This document shows, piece after piece, positions 49,661 to 61,791 of a stretch of 64,000 nucleotides of DNA (the stretch's first letter is position 1; the number at the start of each line of letters is the position of its first letter). The notes beneath the pieces were generated by a model, which was not told the DNA's origin, made no database searches, and saw only the letters and a list, made by a program, of their open reading frames with translations. The position numbers and the translations under genes are program-made. The DNA is from a virus. Taxonomy: Duplodnaviria; Heunggongvirae; Uroviricota; Caudoviricetes. Location: the IMG/VR virus record IMGVR_UViG_2713896798_000008; one strand, 5' to 3'.

Positions 49661-49894
49661 ATGTCAACGAAGAACAGAACCCGCAGAACAACAACCCGCA
49701 ACATCCGCTTTCCTAACCAAATGATTGAACAAATTAACATCGCTCTTGAGCAAAAAGGGTCCGGGAATTTCTCAGCCTGGGTCATTGAAGCCTGCCGCCG
49801 GAGACTGTGCTCAGAAAAAAGAGTTTCTTCTGAAGCAAACAAAGAAAAGAGTGACATTACTGAATTGCTCAGAAAACAGGTCAGACCAGATTGA
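49661..49894 (+). CDS. hypothetical basic protein in the lambda right-end region
   Basis: ORF track, 77 aa. Confidence 0.4.
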   Translation: MSTKNRTRRTTTRNIRFPNQMIEQINIALEQKGSGNFSAWVIEACRRRLCSEKRVSSEANKEKSDITELLRKQVRPD

Positions 49895-49936
49895 AGCAAT
49901 TTAGATAATCGTGCAGACTACGCCCCCTCATATCAC

Positions 49937-50362
49937 ATGGAAGGTTTATCTATGGATCAGGTAGTCATTTTTAAACAAATATTTGATAAAGTTCGAAACG
50001 ATTTAAACTATCAATGGTTTTATTCTGAGCTAAAACGTCACAATGTCTCACATTACATTTACTATTTAGCCACAGAGAATGTTCATATTGTATTAAAAAA
50101 TGATAATACAGTGTTATTAAAGGGCCTAAAAAACATTGTGTCTGTCAAATTTTCAAAGGATAGGCATCTTATAGAAACGACCTCTAATAAGCTGAAATCC
50201 AGAGAGATCACATTTCAGGAATACAGAAGAAACCTTGCTAAAGCAGGAGTTTTTCGGTGGGTTACAAATATCCACGAACAAAAAAGATATTACTATACCT
50301 TTGATAATTCATTACTATTTACTGAAAGCATCCAGAAAACTACACAGATCTTACCACGCTAA
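49937..50362 (+). CDS. ydfO: YdfO-like protein (DUF1398)
   Basis: 141 aa; position between the noh remnant and gnsB as in K-12 Qin. Confidence 0.5.
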
Positions 50363-50513
50363 ACCATAACGTCCGGCTTCTCTCACTCCTGAGCCGGACT
50401 GCATTGGTTTAATAAAAACCATCAACAATTGTGATTTAGATATTCGGAACCATTCAAATATAACAAAACCCCGTAAAAACGAGGTTTATGGATAAATTTT
50501 ATTATTGAATACA

Positions 50514-50687
50514 TCAGATTAAATTAATCTTGACATCATAGCTTTCAAGACCCGTCATTTTTTCCCGTGCGGTAAACTGAATACTGGTAACTTCTTTCCC
50601 GGTCTTTTTCTTAAGTTCAATAATTTTTTTTGTTATATATTCAGAAATATCTGCTTCTGCTTTTGTTTTTAAGTTTTCAATATTCAT
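50514..50687 (-). CDS. gnsB: Gns-family protein (GnsB-like), below the ORF-track length cutoff
   Basis: Manually translated MNIENLKTKAEADISEYITKKIIELKKKTGKEVTSIQFTAREKMTGLESYDVKINLI; SD agagga. Confidence 0.65.
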   Translation of the reverse strand: MNIENLKTKAEADISEYITKKIIELKKKTGKEVTSIQFTAREKMTGLESYDVKINLI

Positions 50688-50858
50688 CATTTCCTCTTTT
50701 AGTCTGTTATGACTTTCCAGTTACACAGTAAGTCGATTATATGGTGCAAACGTGTAAAAGATAAGATGAAACATCGCAATAATCAACATACGATAGTCTA
50801 AATTTTACACAAACAGACAAAGAGAATTTTCCTGAATTATCAATGCAATAGCATCAAA

Positions 50859-51089
50859 TCAACTCAAGAGCCTTATTGCTGCTTCCAGAATTTCTTCTGA
50901 AGTAACATGTCGATCCGCGGCTACATAAATGACTTTATGATCTCCGGTCAGAGATGGAAACCCTGCGGCCATTACAGTAAGGTGTGTTTTTTCGCCATTT
51001 GGATATTCACGCATGATGGTGTTAACTCCAGTCATCGCTGGCACTACCACTGCTGGTTCAGAGTTAAAAAAAACTATGATTTTTTTCAT
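50859..51089 (-). CDS. hypothetical protein (ynfN position)
   Basis: ATG at 51089 (MKKIIVFF...); 76 aa. Confidence 0.4.
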   Translation of the reverse strand: MKKIIVFFNSEPAVVVPAMTGVNTIMREYPNGEKTHLTVMAAGFPSLTGDHKVIYVAADRHVTSEEILEAAIRLLS

Positions 51090-51360
51090 GATGTTACCGT
51101 AGTATGTGAGTATCCATCGAATAGACACCAAGCAAAAAAGCTCCCGAAGGAGCCTTCATTTTCACTTTTTTAAATCCAACGACAGACGGCTGGCATTTAA
51201 GTATTGTGAAATATTATCAAATGTAATCATCATTGATTTACAAAAGATACATTTTGCCCCGAAAGGATTCATGTCAGAAACATCAAAAGATGATGTTCTA
51301 TACTGGGAACCATGACAACACGGGCATCTAAAGTGAATATGGTTTGTAATATTGTCTACC

Positions 51361-51573
51361 TCAAAGCGCCACTACATGAACAGCGGCAGGACCTTTAGGT
51401 CCGTTCTCAATACCAAATTCAACTTCCTGATTCTCAGTTAATGTTTTGAAATCGTTGCTCTGAATTGCTGAGAAATGGACAAACACATCTTTGCTGCCAT
51501 CTTTCGGCGTGATGAAACCAAAACCTTTTTCAGGGTTAAACCATTTCACTAAACCAGTCATTTTGTTAGACAT
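51361..51573 (-). CDS. cspI: cold-shock protein CspI-like
   Basis: [23 protein letters not shown]... CspA family. Confidence 0.85.
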   Translation of the reverse strand: MSNKMTGLVKWFNPEKGFGFITPKDGSKDVFVHFSAIQSNDFKTLTENQEVEFGIENGPKGPAAVHVVAL

Positions 51574-51935
51574 AATTATTACCTTTTGAAGAAATTAGCC
51601 CTTGGGCAGAATGGTCCGAAAAAAAATATCAGAGAGAAAAACCAACAAGGAAATCTCAAGAGGTACAAATAATAAAATTATAACAATGACTGCTTCAGAT
51701 AAATTTGTAACAAACCAGAACACCATTAACGCATGATTAACCACCCATAGCAAGGATTACTTTTGTAAAGAAAAACACAGCAATGAAAGAATGGCTTTAT
51801 TTATTAATAAAACGTGTCATTCTGATTAAGACCTTTTATCTTACCCTTAAGATTTCAGGAATTTTGGCTCATGGAAGAGTCCTTTTTATTTAAATTTTAC
51901 ATTCCGCGATGTAAATGTTCCGATTTAATATTACC

Positions 51936-52959
<1,024 letters not shown>

Positions 52960-52963
<4 letters not shown>

Positions 52964-53271
52964 AGATATTTATGATGAGGACGCTCGTGCTTATTGGCAG
53001 GATTTTCAATCTTAAAGGAGTACTGATGCTGCAGATAAGACTCAACTTTTTCTGACAATTTTTCTGCTACTTCCAGGAAGACTTGCCGGACGCTCCTTCT
53101 GGCTGCTGCCTCATAAAACTCCAGCGCAGCTCCTTCAACACGGTCCATGGCGACATCCAGGTCAAAAATTTCACCGTCAAAGCGTTCTTTGTCCTGTAAG
53201 GCTACAGTTACCGTAACTTTATTCTCAAAATTACGGACTCCTTTCACAACCAGTTCATAGTCTTGAGTCAT
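52960..53271 (-). CDS. ydfR: YdfR-like protein between holin and lysozyme
   Basis: 103 aa; same slot as in K-12 Qin. Confidence 0.55.
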
Positions 53272-53275
53272 TGGA

Positions 53276-53491
53276 TTACTCTCCTCTCGCAGCCTTACGC
53301 CTGTCTTCTTTAATCTTGAAATAAAGATTTGTCAGATACGTCAGCAGGCCAAAAACCAGGCTACCCAGCACACCGATTGCAGCCCACTGTGACGGAGTTA
53401 CTTTATCGAGTAACTGCAATGCCCAGAAACCAGCATTACCCGCCGATGTGCCATAGGCAACACCTGTTGTTAACTTATCCATTGATTTCAT
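53276..53491 (-). CDS. essQ: class II holin (EssQ/EssD-like, dual-start MKSMDK)
   Basis: [45 protein letters not shown]... Confidence 0.85.
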   Translation of the reverse strand: MKSMDKLTTGVAYGTSAGNAGFWALQLLDKVTPSQWAAIGVLGSLVFGLLTYLTNLYFKIKEDRRKAARGE

Positions 53492-53710
53492 ATCCTCACC
53501 CCGATGTACACGGATGGTGCAATATGTTTGAAAAGATCGGAGTCTACGGGGTAGTTTTGACAGCACACGTTGTTCTCAACGGCGCTAAAAAAACATACAC
53601 ATTAAAAATGTGGGTAATTATTTTGAAAGAAAGTCATATATAAAATAATAATACGAGAAATGTTTTCATATTTAGTGTACTGTATACGGCCATTTATACA
53701 GGAAAAGCCT

Positions 53711-53881
53711 ATGTCAGAACGTAAAAACTCAAAATCACGCCGTAATTATCTCGTTAAATGTTCCTGCCCAAACTGCACCCAAGAGTCAGAACACAGTTTT
53801 TCAAGAGTACAAAAAGGTGCCCTTTTGATCTGCCCTCATTGCAACAAAGTATTCCAGACAAATCTTAAAGCTGTAGCCTGA
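53711..53881 (+). CDS. small zinc-ribbon protein (CxxC...CxxC)
   Basis: ATG at 53711 with SD aggaaaag; CPNC and CPHC pairs; 56 aa. Confidence 0.4.
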   Translation: MSERKNSKSRRNYLVKCSCPNCTQESEHSFSRVQKGALLICPHCNKVFQTNLKAVA

Positions 53882-54244
53882 TTGATTTTATTAGTAACAA
53901 GTATTTTTTATATTTTAATAATATATTTAAAGCAGATAATAAAAAACCCGCCTGAGCGGGTTTGAGATTGTGGTGCTTTTTGTGGGAGTCATCCACTTAC
54001 GCACTTTGTTTTGCCATGCCAGCAGTTAGCTTCTGCTGTAAAACTATTCATGCAGCAAACCTGCACTTCACCACAATGGTTAGCATACTTTTCCTGATTA
54101 AGATTTTGCCAAATATGCTAGCCATTGTTTCATGTATTGGACCTCCTTACTTTTTATTAAAGAGATCCAATATTCACTACTCTGTCCGTATCTCTACTCA
54201 GGCATCAGCCTTCTTCGTTATCGTATACAGACGAGCGATGAATT

Positions 54245-54460
54245 TTAATCAGTAATGATGACATTTGCTGCTGCAGGACCTTTAGCACCACTCTCTATAG
54301 AGAAGGTAACCTTTTGACCTTCAAATAAGGTTCGATAATTATCATTCTGAATCGCAGAAAAATGCACAAACACATCTTTACTACCATCAACAGGAGAAAT
54401 AAAGCCGAAACCTTTATCAGCGTTAAACCATTTTACTAAACCAGTCATTTTATTTGACAT
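54245..54460 (-). CDS. cspB: cold-shock protein CspB-like
   Basis: [23 protein letters not shown]... Confidence 0.85.
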   Translation of the reverse strand: MSNKMTGLVKWFNADKGFGFISPVDGSKDVFVHFSAIQNDNYRTLFEGQKVTFSIESGAKGPAAANVIITD

Positions 54461-54760
54461 TCTACATTCCTTAACTTGAGCCTTTCGGCATAAATGGTTT
54501 GCATAACAGAAACGACTTCGTACTTAATTGGAGAGACTCAAAGAAGGAATAAGTGAATAACACCTGAAATGAGAACTGCTTTAGTAAACTACTTCGTATA
54601 TCGTCTGTTCTTCAAACCGACGCAATCATTAACGCATAGTTGAACATATGAAGCAATGTTTATTTTAGACATCCAGCCATCTTCAACCCCATCAAAAAAC
54701 TATAGCTTTCTTCAGGAACGTGTGTATAGTGCGCCAAGTTATCAGTATTAAGGAATTTTT

Positions 54761-54973
54761 TTGTCCCGTAAAATGACAGGAATTGTCAAAACCTTTGACG
54801 GCAAAAGCGGCAAGGGTCTTATCACCCCATCCGATGGTCGTATCGATGTCCAGCTTCATGTTTCAGCGCTCAATCTCCGCGATGCAGAAGAAATTACCAC
54901 CGGATTACGCGTGGAATTTTGCCGGATAAATGGTCTGCGTGGCCCTTCAGCTGCCAATGTTTACCTTTCATGA
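54761..54973 (+). CDS. cspF: cold-shock protein CspF/CspH-like
   Basis: [23 protein letters not shown]...; annotated start is TTG, ATG at 54773 possible. Confidence 0.75.
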
Positions 54974-55394
54974 GCTATATTAAAGCTTTAATTTCAGGCC
55001 CCATCGGATCACACATGGAGAGTTTTTATGAATAACCCCGTCTGTCTTGATGACTGGTTGATTGGCTTTAAAAGCTTATGCTGTACTTTGGCCGTAATAG
55101 CTCTGCTAATAATATAATAAGCAGACTCATTGTGTTTAGGGACATTGTACTGGAAGAAAACATTTTAAACATCAGGCAAATAACCAAGTCACCAGCTAAA
55201 TAATAAGTTAACAGACATGAGTCCCGGGATGAGATTCAACATTACCATTGCCCCATTTAAAGCACAAAACCCGCTCATCAGCGGGTTTTCTACTTTTTCT
55301 TAACGTCGGGTATACAAAGCCCATCGTTGAAAAAATTTTATCCATATTTTTTGAAAAATGCAAACATCATGTCGCCATCTTCAGCAAAAATCAT

Positions 55395-56147
55395 TTATCT
55401 CGTCACCTTCCTCAATTGCGCTTCCGCGTATGCTTCTTCCTGCCAGCACTTTGTTACCAGTTTACCAATGACGTCCGCATACCCCTTATACCACTGATAA
55501 TCGGTCAGGTCTGGTACCAGCTTCTGGACATGACGTCGTGCCAGCGTGGTCGGTAAACGACTAAACCGGTTTCCATTACAACGCCCACAAATCTTATATA
55601 CCGGTACGCCATGAAACCGGGTTCTTTTTTCATCCAGAACAATCCCTTTACCCTTACACCCTCTGCACGCTGTGCTGGCTTCGCCCTTACCATGGCAATG
55701 CTGACATAGTTCCTTCACCCATTCTTCCTTGATTACAGATTCCCCGCGTCTGTAGTGTTTCACCACTTCGCGCAATACATTATAAAATCCCGTACCTGAA
55801 CAATGCTCACAGCGAGCCTTACTTGCCGCAGACCTGGAGTAATCAGCAAAGGCAAAACTCACGAGGTAAGGAATAATCTGTAACCGGATTTCTTCACTCA
55901 ATTTGTTCAATGTCGGGTTATCCAGTGCCATCGCGTAATTTAGCAGGCCTTCAATCGCAAACTGAGGGTCCTGAACACCAACTTTTGCCAGAAATAAGGC
56001 CAACCCAAGTGGTGCTTTCGACTGCACCATCCCCTGCGCTGCCATTACATCCGTAATTGTTAAACAACCGGTGCCTGTCGCTGGAGCGTCATCGCTCAAT
56101 TTTGGAGATTTTGGGGAGTAATATTTTGGTAAGGCTTCAAGGTTCAT
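55395..56147 (-). CDS. quuQ: late antiterminator Q (QuuQ-like, zinc-binding)
   Basis: CEHCSGTGF...CQHCHGKGE...CRGCKGKG...CGRCNGN Cys clusters; ATG at 56147. Confidence 0.75.
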   Translation of the reverse strand: MNLEALPKYYSPKSPKLSDDAPATGTGCLTITDVMAAQGMVQSKAPLGLALFLAKVGVQDPQFAIEGLLNYAMALDNPTLNKLSEEIRLQIIPYLVSFAFADYSRSAASKARCEHCSGTGFYNVLREVVKHYRRGESVIKEEWVKELCQHCHGKGEASTACRGCKGKGIVLDEKRTRFHGVPVYKICGRCNGNRFSRLPTTLARRHVQKLVPDLTDYQWYKGYADVIGKLVTKCWQEEAYAEAQLRKVTR

Positions 56148-56160
56148 GCTCGTTCTCCAC

Positions 56161-57249
56161 TTACGCCAGTACGCCAATTGCCAGCGCGCGATCGATAAAA
56201 CGAAATATCAGCTCCAGTTGGGAGCCATACTTATCTTCAAATGCCACTGTATCCGTATGCAGCTCGTTGTGATGCTTTCTGCACAAAGGCAACACAAAGA
56301 GATCATGTGCTTTTGTTCCCATTCCGCCCTGCCCGTGACCAATCAGATGATGCGGATCGTCGGCTGGCATACCGCAGCAAGCACACGGCTGTGTCTTAAC
56401 CCAACGTGTGTATTTCTCCTTAACCCAGCGGCGACGTTTAGGCAGCTTCATGAAAGATTCCGGAGACTCTGGATCAACGGTGATGCTTACCACCGTCTTT
56501 TCCTGTGGTGATTTTTGTTGCTGGTGGGCGTAAGGCAACGGTGCAAGATTTTTTGTGCGTTGTTTCAATATGCTGGTGGCGGTCTGCTCTCCCGGTACGA
56601 TGTCGCTTTCGCGGTACACCGAGCAGATTTTTTCCGCTGGTAATCCCAGCGAACGACGCGATACAGCCTCAGGTAGTGCATCCACCACCTGATTGCAGAC
56701 CGCCCACCAGGATAATTCAGCCAAAGATAATTCCCGCTCCTGCGTACCGCTTATTGCGTGACGGATGACGTCAATCACCCATGCTGTCAGATTTTGTTGA
56801 GCAAGCAGCTCCAGTGATTCCGATGTCTGGTCACGCAGTTGGTTGTCGCAGTGCCAGCACAACACCATTGCGCCGGTACCATAACGGTGAATGACTGTTT
56901 CAGTGTGATGGTAATCGCCATTAGGCCACTGGCAGGATGTAACATGACGTAATAGCCAGTCGGACAATGCGCCAACGCCGCCAGCAGCACGAATCACCCG
57001 TTCGTTACTAAAAAACGGCAGCAATGTTTTGTCTTCCGCCAGCGGCTGGCGAACGGCAGGAACGACTCCGGATGGCAGATTACGCATGCTTTTTGGTTCC
57101 GGTTCCACCAGCACTCGAGGATTATGAAATATCTGTATGGATTCACGGCCCGGCTTAAGGACCACCAGCCCAAGCTCAGGCACCAGAACAGGTCTAAGTA
57201 ATACCCGCACGTTACCTCCAGATCCGTTGCTGGAAAGTGCGGGACGCAC
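56161..57249 (-). CDS. ydfU: DUF968 protein YdfU-like
   Basis: Paralogue of 31010..32059; start may be GTG at 57210. Confidence 0.75.
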   Translation of the reverse strand: MRPALSSNGSGGNVRVLLRPVLVPELGLVVLKPGRESIQIFHNPRVLVEPEPKSMRNLPSGVVPAVRQPLAEDKTLLPFFSNERVIRAAGGVGALSDWLLRHVTSCQWPNGDYHHTETVIHRYGTGAMVLCWHCDNQLRDQTSESLELLAQQNLTAWVIDVIRHAISGTQERELSLAELSWWAVCNQVVDALPEAVSRRSLGLPAEKICSVYRESDIVPGEQTATSILKQRTKNLAPLPYAHQQQKSPQEKTVVSITVDPESPESFMKLPKRRRWVKEKYTRWVKTQPCACCGMPADDPHHLIGHGQGGMGTKAHDLFVLPLCRKHHNELHTDTVAFEDKYGSQLELIFRFIDRALAIGVLA

Positions 57250-57490
57250 GTGGTGGGCGTTCGGAATAAGGCAGCCTGACAGAGATTATCCAGTGCCGAT
57301 AGTCGAGACTGAGAGCTTTCTTAACCTCGAACCCGCGCCTGCGGTAAGAATGAATCAGCCATTCGGCCTGTTCTGCAGTGCATGGAGGGTGCTGGAACCA
57401 TTCAGACTTGAATGCGTGAGAATACCGCCCGTGCGTGCAGGCAAGAACGGGCGAATTATCAGAATTGTAATATTTTGCGTTGCGTGCCAT
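57212..57490 (-). CDS. rem: Rem-like small protein
   Basis: 92 aa; paralogue of 32061..32339. Confidence 0.5.
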   Translation of the reverse strand: MARNAKYYNSDNSPVLACTHGRYSHAFKSEWFQHPPCTAEQAEWLIHSYRRRGFEVKKALSLDYRHWIISVRLPYSERPPRASRTFQQRIWR

Positions 57491-57556
57491 CGGTTTTCTC
57501 CGGTGGCACGGTGTTACTCAGCGGGAGTTCAGCCCCGCGCAAGATTGTAGATGAGT

Positions 57557-57808
57557 TTATTCTCCTGAAAAAGCAGAAAAGCCAGCTTTTATTCCGATCT
57601 CTTTCAATGCCTGTAATGAAGTGACAAACTCACCTTCGCGCAAGATAAATCCGTCCGTGACCCGAGCATCCACAAAATTAATTAACGCAGCCCCATTCTT
57701 TCGCAAACACATAATGCGGTAATGACTAACAAGATTTCCATTTTCAACGCACACAGCATAGAGGCCATCTTCACAAAAAATTTTACGCAGTTCTTCGATG
57801 TTCATCAT
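57557..57808 (-). CDS. hypothetical protein
   Basis: ORF track, 83 aa. Confidence 0.35.
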   Translation of the reverse strand: MMNIEELRKIFCEDGLYAVCVENGNLVSHYRIMCLRKNGAALINFVDARVTDGFILREGEFVTSLQALKEIGIKAGFSAFSGE

Positions 57809-58024
57809 CAGAATCCTTCCGGATAATTAGCTCTCCCCTTTAAGGGACCATCCCTCTTATCCCTGCGCGCTACTTAAGTATTTTTGATTCTATTCCGGCA
57901 CCGTCCAGAACTTCAAACGCGTTGAAAATAAAAACAAAAACCCGCCGAAGCGGGTTAAGTGCGGGTGCGTTGAGGATGCCTGCCACATCAGAGGTGGCGA
58001 GGGATTTCTCCCCCGCCGGGTCTC

Positions 58025-58180
58025 TTACTCCTCAGGTTCGTAAGCTGTGAAGACAGCGACCTCCGTCTGGCCGGTTCGGATTCGTACCTCGCAGAGGTCT
58101 TTCCTCGTTACCAGTGCCGTCACTATGACGGTTAAACAGATGACGATCAGGGCGATTAACATCGCCTTTTGCTGCTTCAT
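58025..58180 (-). CDS. hokD: Hok-family type I toxin (HokD/RelF), below the ORF-track length cutoff
   Basis: Manually translated MKQQKAMLIALIVICLTVIVTALVTRKDLCEVRIRTGQTEVAVFTAYEPEE. Confidence 0.85.
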   Translation of the reverse strand: MKQQKAMLIALIVICLTVIVTALVTRKDLCEVRIRTGQTEVAVFTAYEPEE

Positions 58181-58251
58181 AGCCTGCTTCTCCTGTCAAC
58201 GCAAAGCAGAAGTGTCACCTTCGGTGCGAAACAGAGATGTCATGCTTTGGT

Positions 58252-58539
58252 TCAGAGAATGCGTTTGACCGCCTCGCTATATACTTCCGAGCGTTCTCTT
58301 TTCCCAACAGAAATCACGAAAACGACAACTTTCTCGTCTATAACCTGGTATACAAGGCGATAGCCTGAAGACCGGAGCTTAATCTTGTAACAATCAGGCA
58401 TACCACGGAGCTTGTTTGCTTCAATCCGGGGTGACTCAAGTACTTCAACCAGCTTCTTTTTCAACTGTTCACGTACCGTCGAGCCCAGCTTTCGCCATTC
58501 CTTTAGTGCCCGCTCGTCAAAATCCAGAAAATACGCCAT
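58252..58539 (-). CDS. relE: RelE toxin (type II TA mRNA interferase)
   Basis: 95 aa, matches E. coli RelE. Confidence 0.9.
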   Translation of the reverse strand: MAYFLDFDERALKEWRKLGSTVREQLKKKLVEVLESPRIEANKLRGMPDCYKIKLRSSGYRLVYQVIDEKVVVFVISVGKRERSEVYSEAVKRIL

Positions 58540-58778
58540 CAGAGTTCATCCAGCGTCACACGTACTGGCTTAGGATTACGAAGCCGTTCTTTCACTATCT
58601 CCACAAGTTCAGCATCTTCATCACTCAGGAGTGTCTGTTTGAACGGCAAGCGTTCATTGTCAGCGATATACTCGAGCATGAGACGAAGCGCTTCAGAAGG
58701 AGTTACACCCATTTTTTCAAGCGCGGCGTAAGAACGCGCTTTAAGTTCATCGTCAATACGCAGGTTAATGCTACCCAT
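58539..58778 (-). CDS. relB: RelB antitoxin
   Basis: 79 aa, matches E. coli RelB; overlaps relE start. Confidence 0.9.
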   Translation of the reverse strand: MGSINLRIDDELKARSYAALEKMGVTPSEALRLMLEYIADNERLPFKQTLLSDEDAELVEIVKERLRNPKPVRVTLDEL

Positions 58779-59391
58779 GTCTTACACCTCTTGTAATTAC
58801 AAATGTCATTACAAGTATCGCACTACAACATGCTTAGGGCAAGTCACGAAGGAAGTCAGAAAGTAGTCGTAAGAACGGTGATCACTGTCCGCTTTGTGCC
58901 AGGAGCAGCCATTGCTAAGTCCATCCTGTATTGTGCAGGTCAGCTCGTTTTTAAAGAGTCCGGCCATCATCTTACTGGTACAGACACCATATACTTTGTG
59001 ACGGTCAGGCTACATATGCACAACTCAACTTATTCATCTATTTTTTGCTTTAGCATGTCAGTGTTGCTTTCTCGTCGGCGGGTGAGCGGTGACCTGACCT
59101 GTCGATAAAGGAACGTAACACGTTTTATGCAACACCCGCATGCGGCAGAAAATTATTGCCGAACGTTTACCCCTGTCAACAAGCTTTACTTTCTGAGGCG
59201 CGCCAGCCCGCGAGGAAAACAATCTGAACATCAAACAATTAATGACACAAGAAATACGATTAAAGATTTTTTTGTGCATGCCGATAGTGCTTTTTTAAAA
59301 GGAGAAATCTATGTCTGTCACAATTCAGGGAAATACCTCAACCGTTATTTCAAAGTAAGCGTGCAGCAAGAACCGTATTGACGGGGATGTG

Positions 59392-60930
59392 TTATTCAGT
59401 CGGCAGTGCTACGCGCCAGGGGAGCAGTTCGCCGACCCGGTTTATCGGCCAGTCGGCTATGACGTCAAGGACATAGCGGAGGTAGCTTTCTGGCTCCACT
59501 CCGTTCAGTTTGCACGTCCCGATCAGGCTGTACAGCAGCGCTCCCCGCTCTCCTCCATGATCCGAACCGAAGAACAGGTAGTTTTTGCGGCCCAGACTGA
59601 CCATCCGCAACGCATTTTCAGCGATGTTATTGTCCGCCTCAGCCCAGCCATCATCTGCATAGTACGTCAGCGCCGGCCACTGGTTCAGGGCGTATGCGAA
59701 CGCTTTCGCCAGTTCTGAGTGTCGCGACAGGGTTTTCATCTTTTCACGCAGCCAGCTTTCCAGGGATTTCAGCAGCGGTTTCGTTTTCAACTGACGTTCG
59801 GCAAGGCGCTGCTCCGCCGTCATTCCCCTTATCTCTGCCTCGATGGCGTACAGTTCGCCGATCCGTTTCAGCGCTTCCTCCGTCAGGGCTGACGGGGTGC
59901 GAACGTGCACATCGTGGATTTTACGGCGGGCGTGAGCCCAACAGGCGGCTTCCGTTATCCGGCCATCCCGGTACAGCTCGTTGAACCCGGCGTATGCATC
60001 CGCCTGCAGTACACCACTGAACCCCGCAAGATGGGTCTGCGGATGGATGCCTTTTCTGTCCGGGCTGTAAGCGAACCACACCGCCGGCGCCAGCGTTGAC
60101 CCGGCGTTACGGTCGTCACGAACGTAGGTCCATAACCGCCCGGTCTTCGTTTTCTTATTGCCTGGCAACAGCACCGGGACAGGCGTGTCATCAGCATGGA
60201 GCTTACCGTCAGTCAGCACATAGTCCTGAAGCGCTTCTTCCAGCGGTGACAGTAGCCGGCAGCATGCATCCACCCAGCCCGACAGCAGTGAACGACTCAG
60301 CTCCACGCCCTGGCGGCCGTACATTTCAGACTGGCGGTACAGCGGGGTGTGCTCTGCATACTTTGAGATCAGCACGCGGGCCAGCAGCCCCGGTCCTGCG
60401 ATACCCCGCTCGATGGGCCGTGAAGGCGCGGGGGCCTGCACGATGGCATCGCACTGAGTACAGGCATGCTTTTCACGTACAGTCCGGATAACCCGGAAGA
60501 CGCTGCGCATCAACTCCAGCTGTTCGGCGGCATCCTCACCCAGATAGCTCAGTGAGCCTCCACATTCCGGGCAGCATGACGCTGCCGGCAGCAGCCGTTT
60601 TTCATCGCGGGGGAGTGATTCGGGGAACGGTTTGCGGGTGCGGGTTTGACGCAGCGGGCGCTGCACGGCCGGGTCGTCAACCCGACCGGTAAGGGTATCA
60701 CTTTCTTTCTGAAGTGCCTTCAGGTCAGCTTCCATCTGTGCGATACGACGGGAGACTTTTTCGGAGCGGCTGCCGAAGTTCATCCGGCGCAGCTTATCCA
60801 GCTGTGCCTGCAGATGGTCTATTTCGCGTTCACGCTCGTTCAGCTTTTCCAGCAGGGCACGGTTCAGCGCCTCCTGTTCGGCAAGGAGACGTTTCAGTGC
60901 ATTGATATCGTCAGGAAGTGAGCTGCTCAT
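59392..60930 (-). CDS. tnpC: IS66-family transposase TnpC
   Basis: 512 aa, Cys cluster CPECG...CTQC, typical IS66 transposase. Confidence 0.9.
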   Translation of the reverse strand: MSSSLPDDINALKRLLAEQEALNRALLEKLNEREREIDHLQAQLDKLRRMNFGSRSEKVSRRIAQMEADLKALQKESDTLTGRVDDPAVQRPLRQTRTRKPFPESLPRDEKRLLPAASCCPECGGSLSYLGEDAAEQLELMRSVFRVIRTVREKHACTQCDAIVQAPAPSRPIERGIAGPGLLARVLISKYAEHTPLYRQSEMYGRQGVELSRSLLSGWVDACCRLLSPLEEALQDYVLTDGKLHADDTPVPVLLPGNKKTKTGRLWTYVRDDRNAGSTLAPAVWFAYSPDRKGIHPQTHLAGFSGVLQADAYAGFNELYRDGRITEAACWAHARRKIHDVHVRTPSALTEEALKRIGELYAIEAEIRGMTAEQRLAERQLKTKPLLKSLESWLREKMKTLSRHSELAKAFAYALNQWPALTYYADDGWAEADNNIAENALRMVSLGRKNYLFFGSDHGGERGALLYSLIGTCKLNGVEPESYLRYVLDVIADWPINRVGELLPWRVALPTE

Positions 60931-60978
60931 ACCGGGTATATTACCAGGCTCATTCAGCGTCGACCAGGATAAAGAGGC

Positions 60979-61326
60979 TTACAACATAGTCAGGGACGTA
61001 AGCAGTCTTTTAGGCTGCCGCCAGTCGATACCTTCAAGGAGCATCGCCAGCTGTGCCGGTGTGAGGAACACTTTGCCATCCCGGGCTGACGGCCAGGCGA
61101 AGCGGCCGCGCTCCAGCCGTTTGGTCAGCAGACACAGTCCATCGCCGGTAGACCAGAGGAGCTTTACCTGACTGCCATTACGCCCACGGAAGATAAAAAC
61201 GTGACCTGACATCGGATCGTCTTTCAGCGTCGTCTGCACCTTTGCCGCCAGGCCGTTGAAGCCATTTCTCATATCGGTGATACCGGCAACCAGCCAAATT
61301 TTTGTCCCGGAAGGTAACGGGATCAT
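60979..61326 (-). CDS. tnpB: IS66-family accessory protein TnpB
   Basis: 115 aa, MIPLPSGTKIWLVAGITDMRNGFNGLA. Confidence 0.9.
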   Translation of the reverse strand: MIPLPSGTKIWLVAGITDMRNGFNGLAAKVQTTLKDDPMSGHVFIFRGRNGSQVKLLWSTGDGLCLLTKRLERGRFAWPSARDGKVFLTPAQLAMLLEGIDWRQPKRLLTSLTML

Positions 61327-61724
61327 CGCTTCAGTTCCTGTATCAGCAGAGTCAGGAGCTTTTCGCTGACATTGCCATTGAAGCGGAGCGTCCCGTGCCG
61401 GAACGTTACCTCACAGCTGATACTGAGGGTTTTCGGGTCCTCTGCGAGCGATTCTGGCTGTTCGGCAGCTGCATCGAGAGTCACAGGAAGTAGCTGGGGG
61501 CTCTCTGAAGAAGGTAATAGCAGCTTTCCCTCGCGCCATTGTTGTCGCCATTTGAACAACAGATTGGCGTTAATGCCATTTTCAAGAGCAAGTTTTGAGA
61601 TGGATATCCCGGGTTCACAGGAGGCAGCAACGAGCTGCTGTTTAAATTCGGGAGGATAATTAGGGCTGCCTTTTCGCCTGCCGGGAGTCACATTTTTCTG
61701 CATATCTGACACTTTGGTTCCCAC
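61323..61724 (-). CDS. tnpA: IS66-family accessory protein TnpA
   Basis: 133 aa, overlaps tnpB start. Confidence 0.8.
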   Translation of the reverse strand: MGTKVSDMQKNVTPGRRKGSPNYPPEFKQQLVAASCEPGISISKLALENGINANLLFKWRQQWREGKLLLPSSESPQLLPVTLDAAAEQPESLAEDPKTLSISCEVTFRHGTLRFNGNVSEKLLTLLIQELKR

Positions 61725-61791
61725 TACTTATTTGGTGGACACCACTTTGTCTAATTCGTCAGATTCTGACCAGACGGTTCAGGCTGTACGC

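Noticed and set aside
58803-59381. ORFs 58803..59108, 59058..59279 and 59127..59381
   Set aside because: Mutually overlapping, no ribosome-binding sites or recognisable families; probably decayed sequence between relB and the IS element
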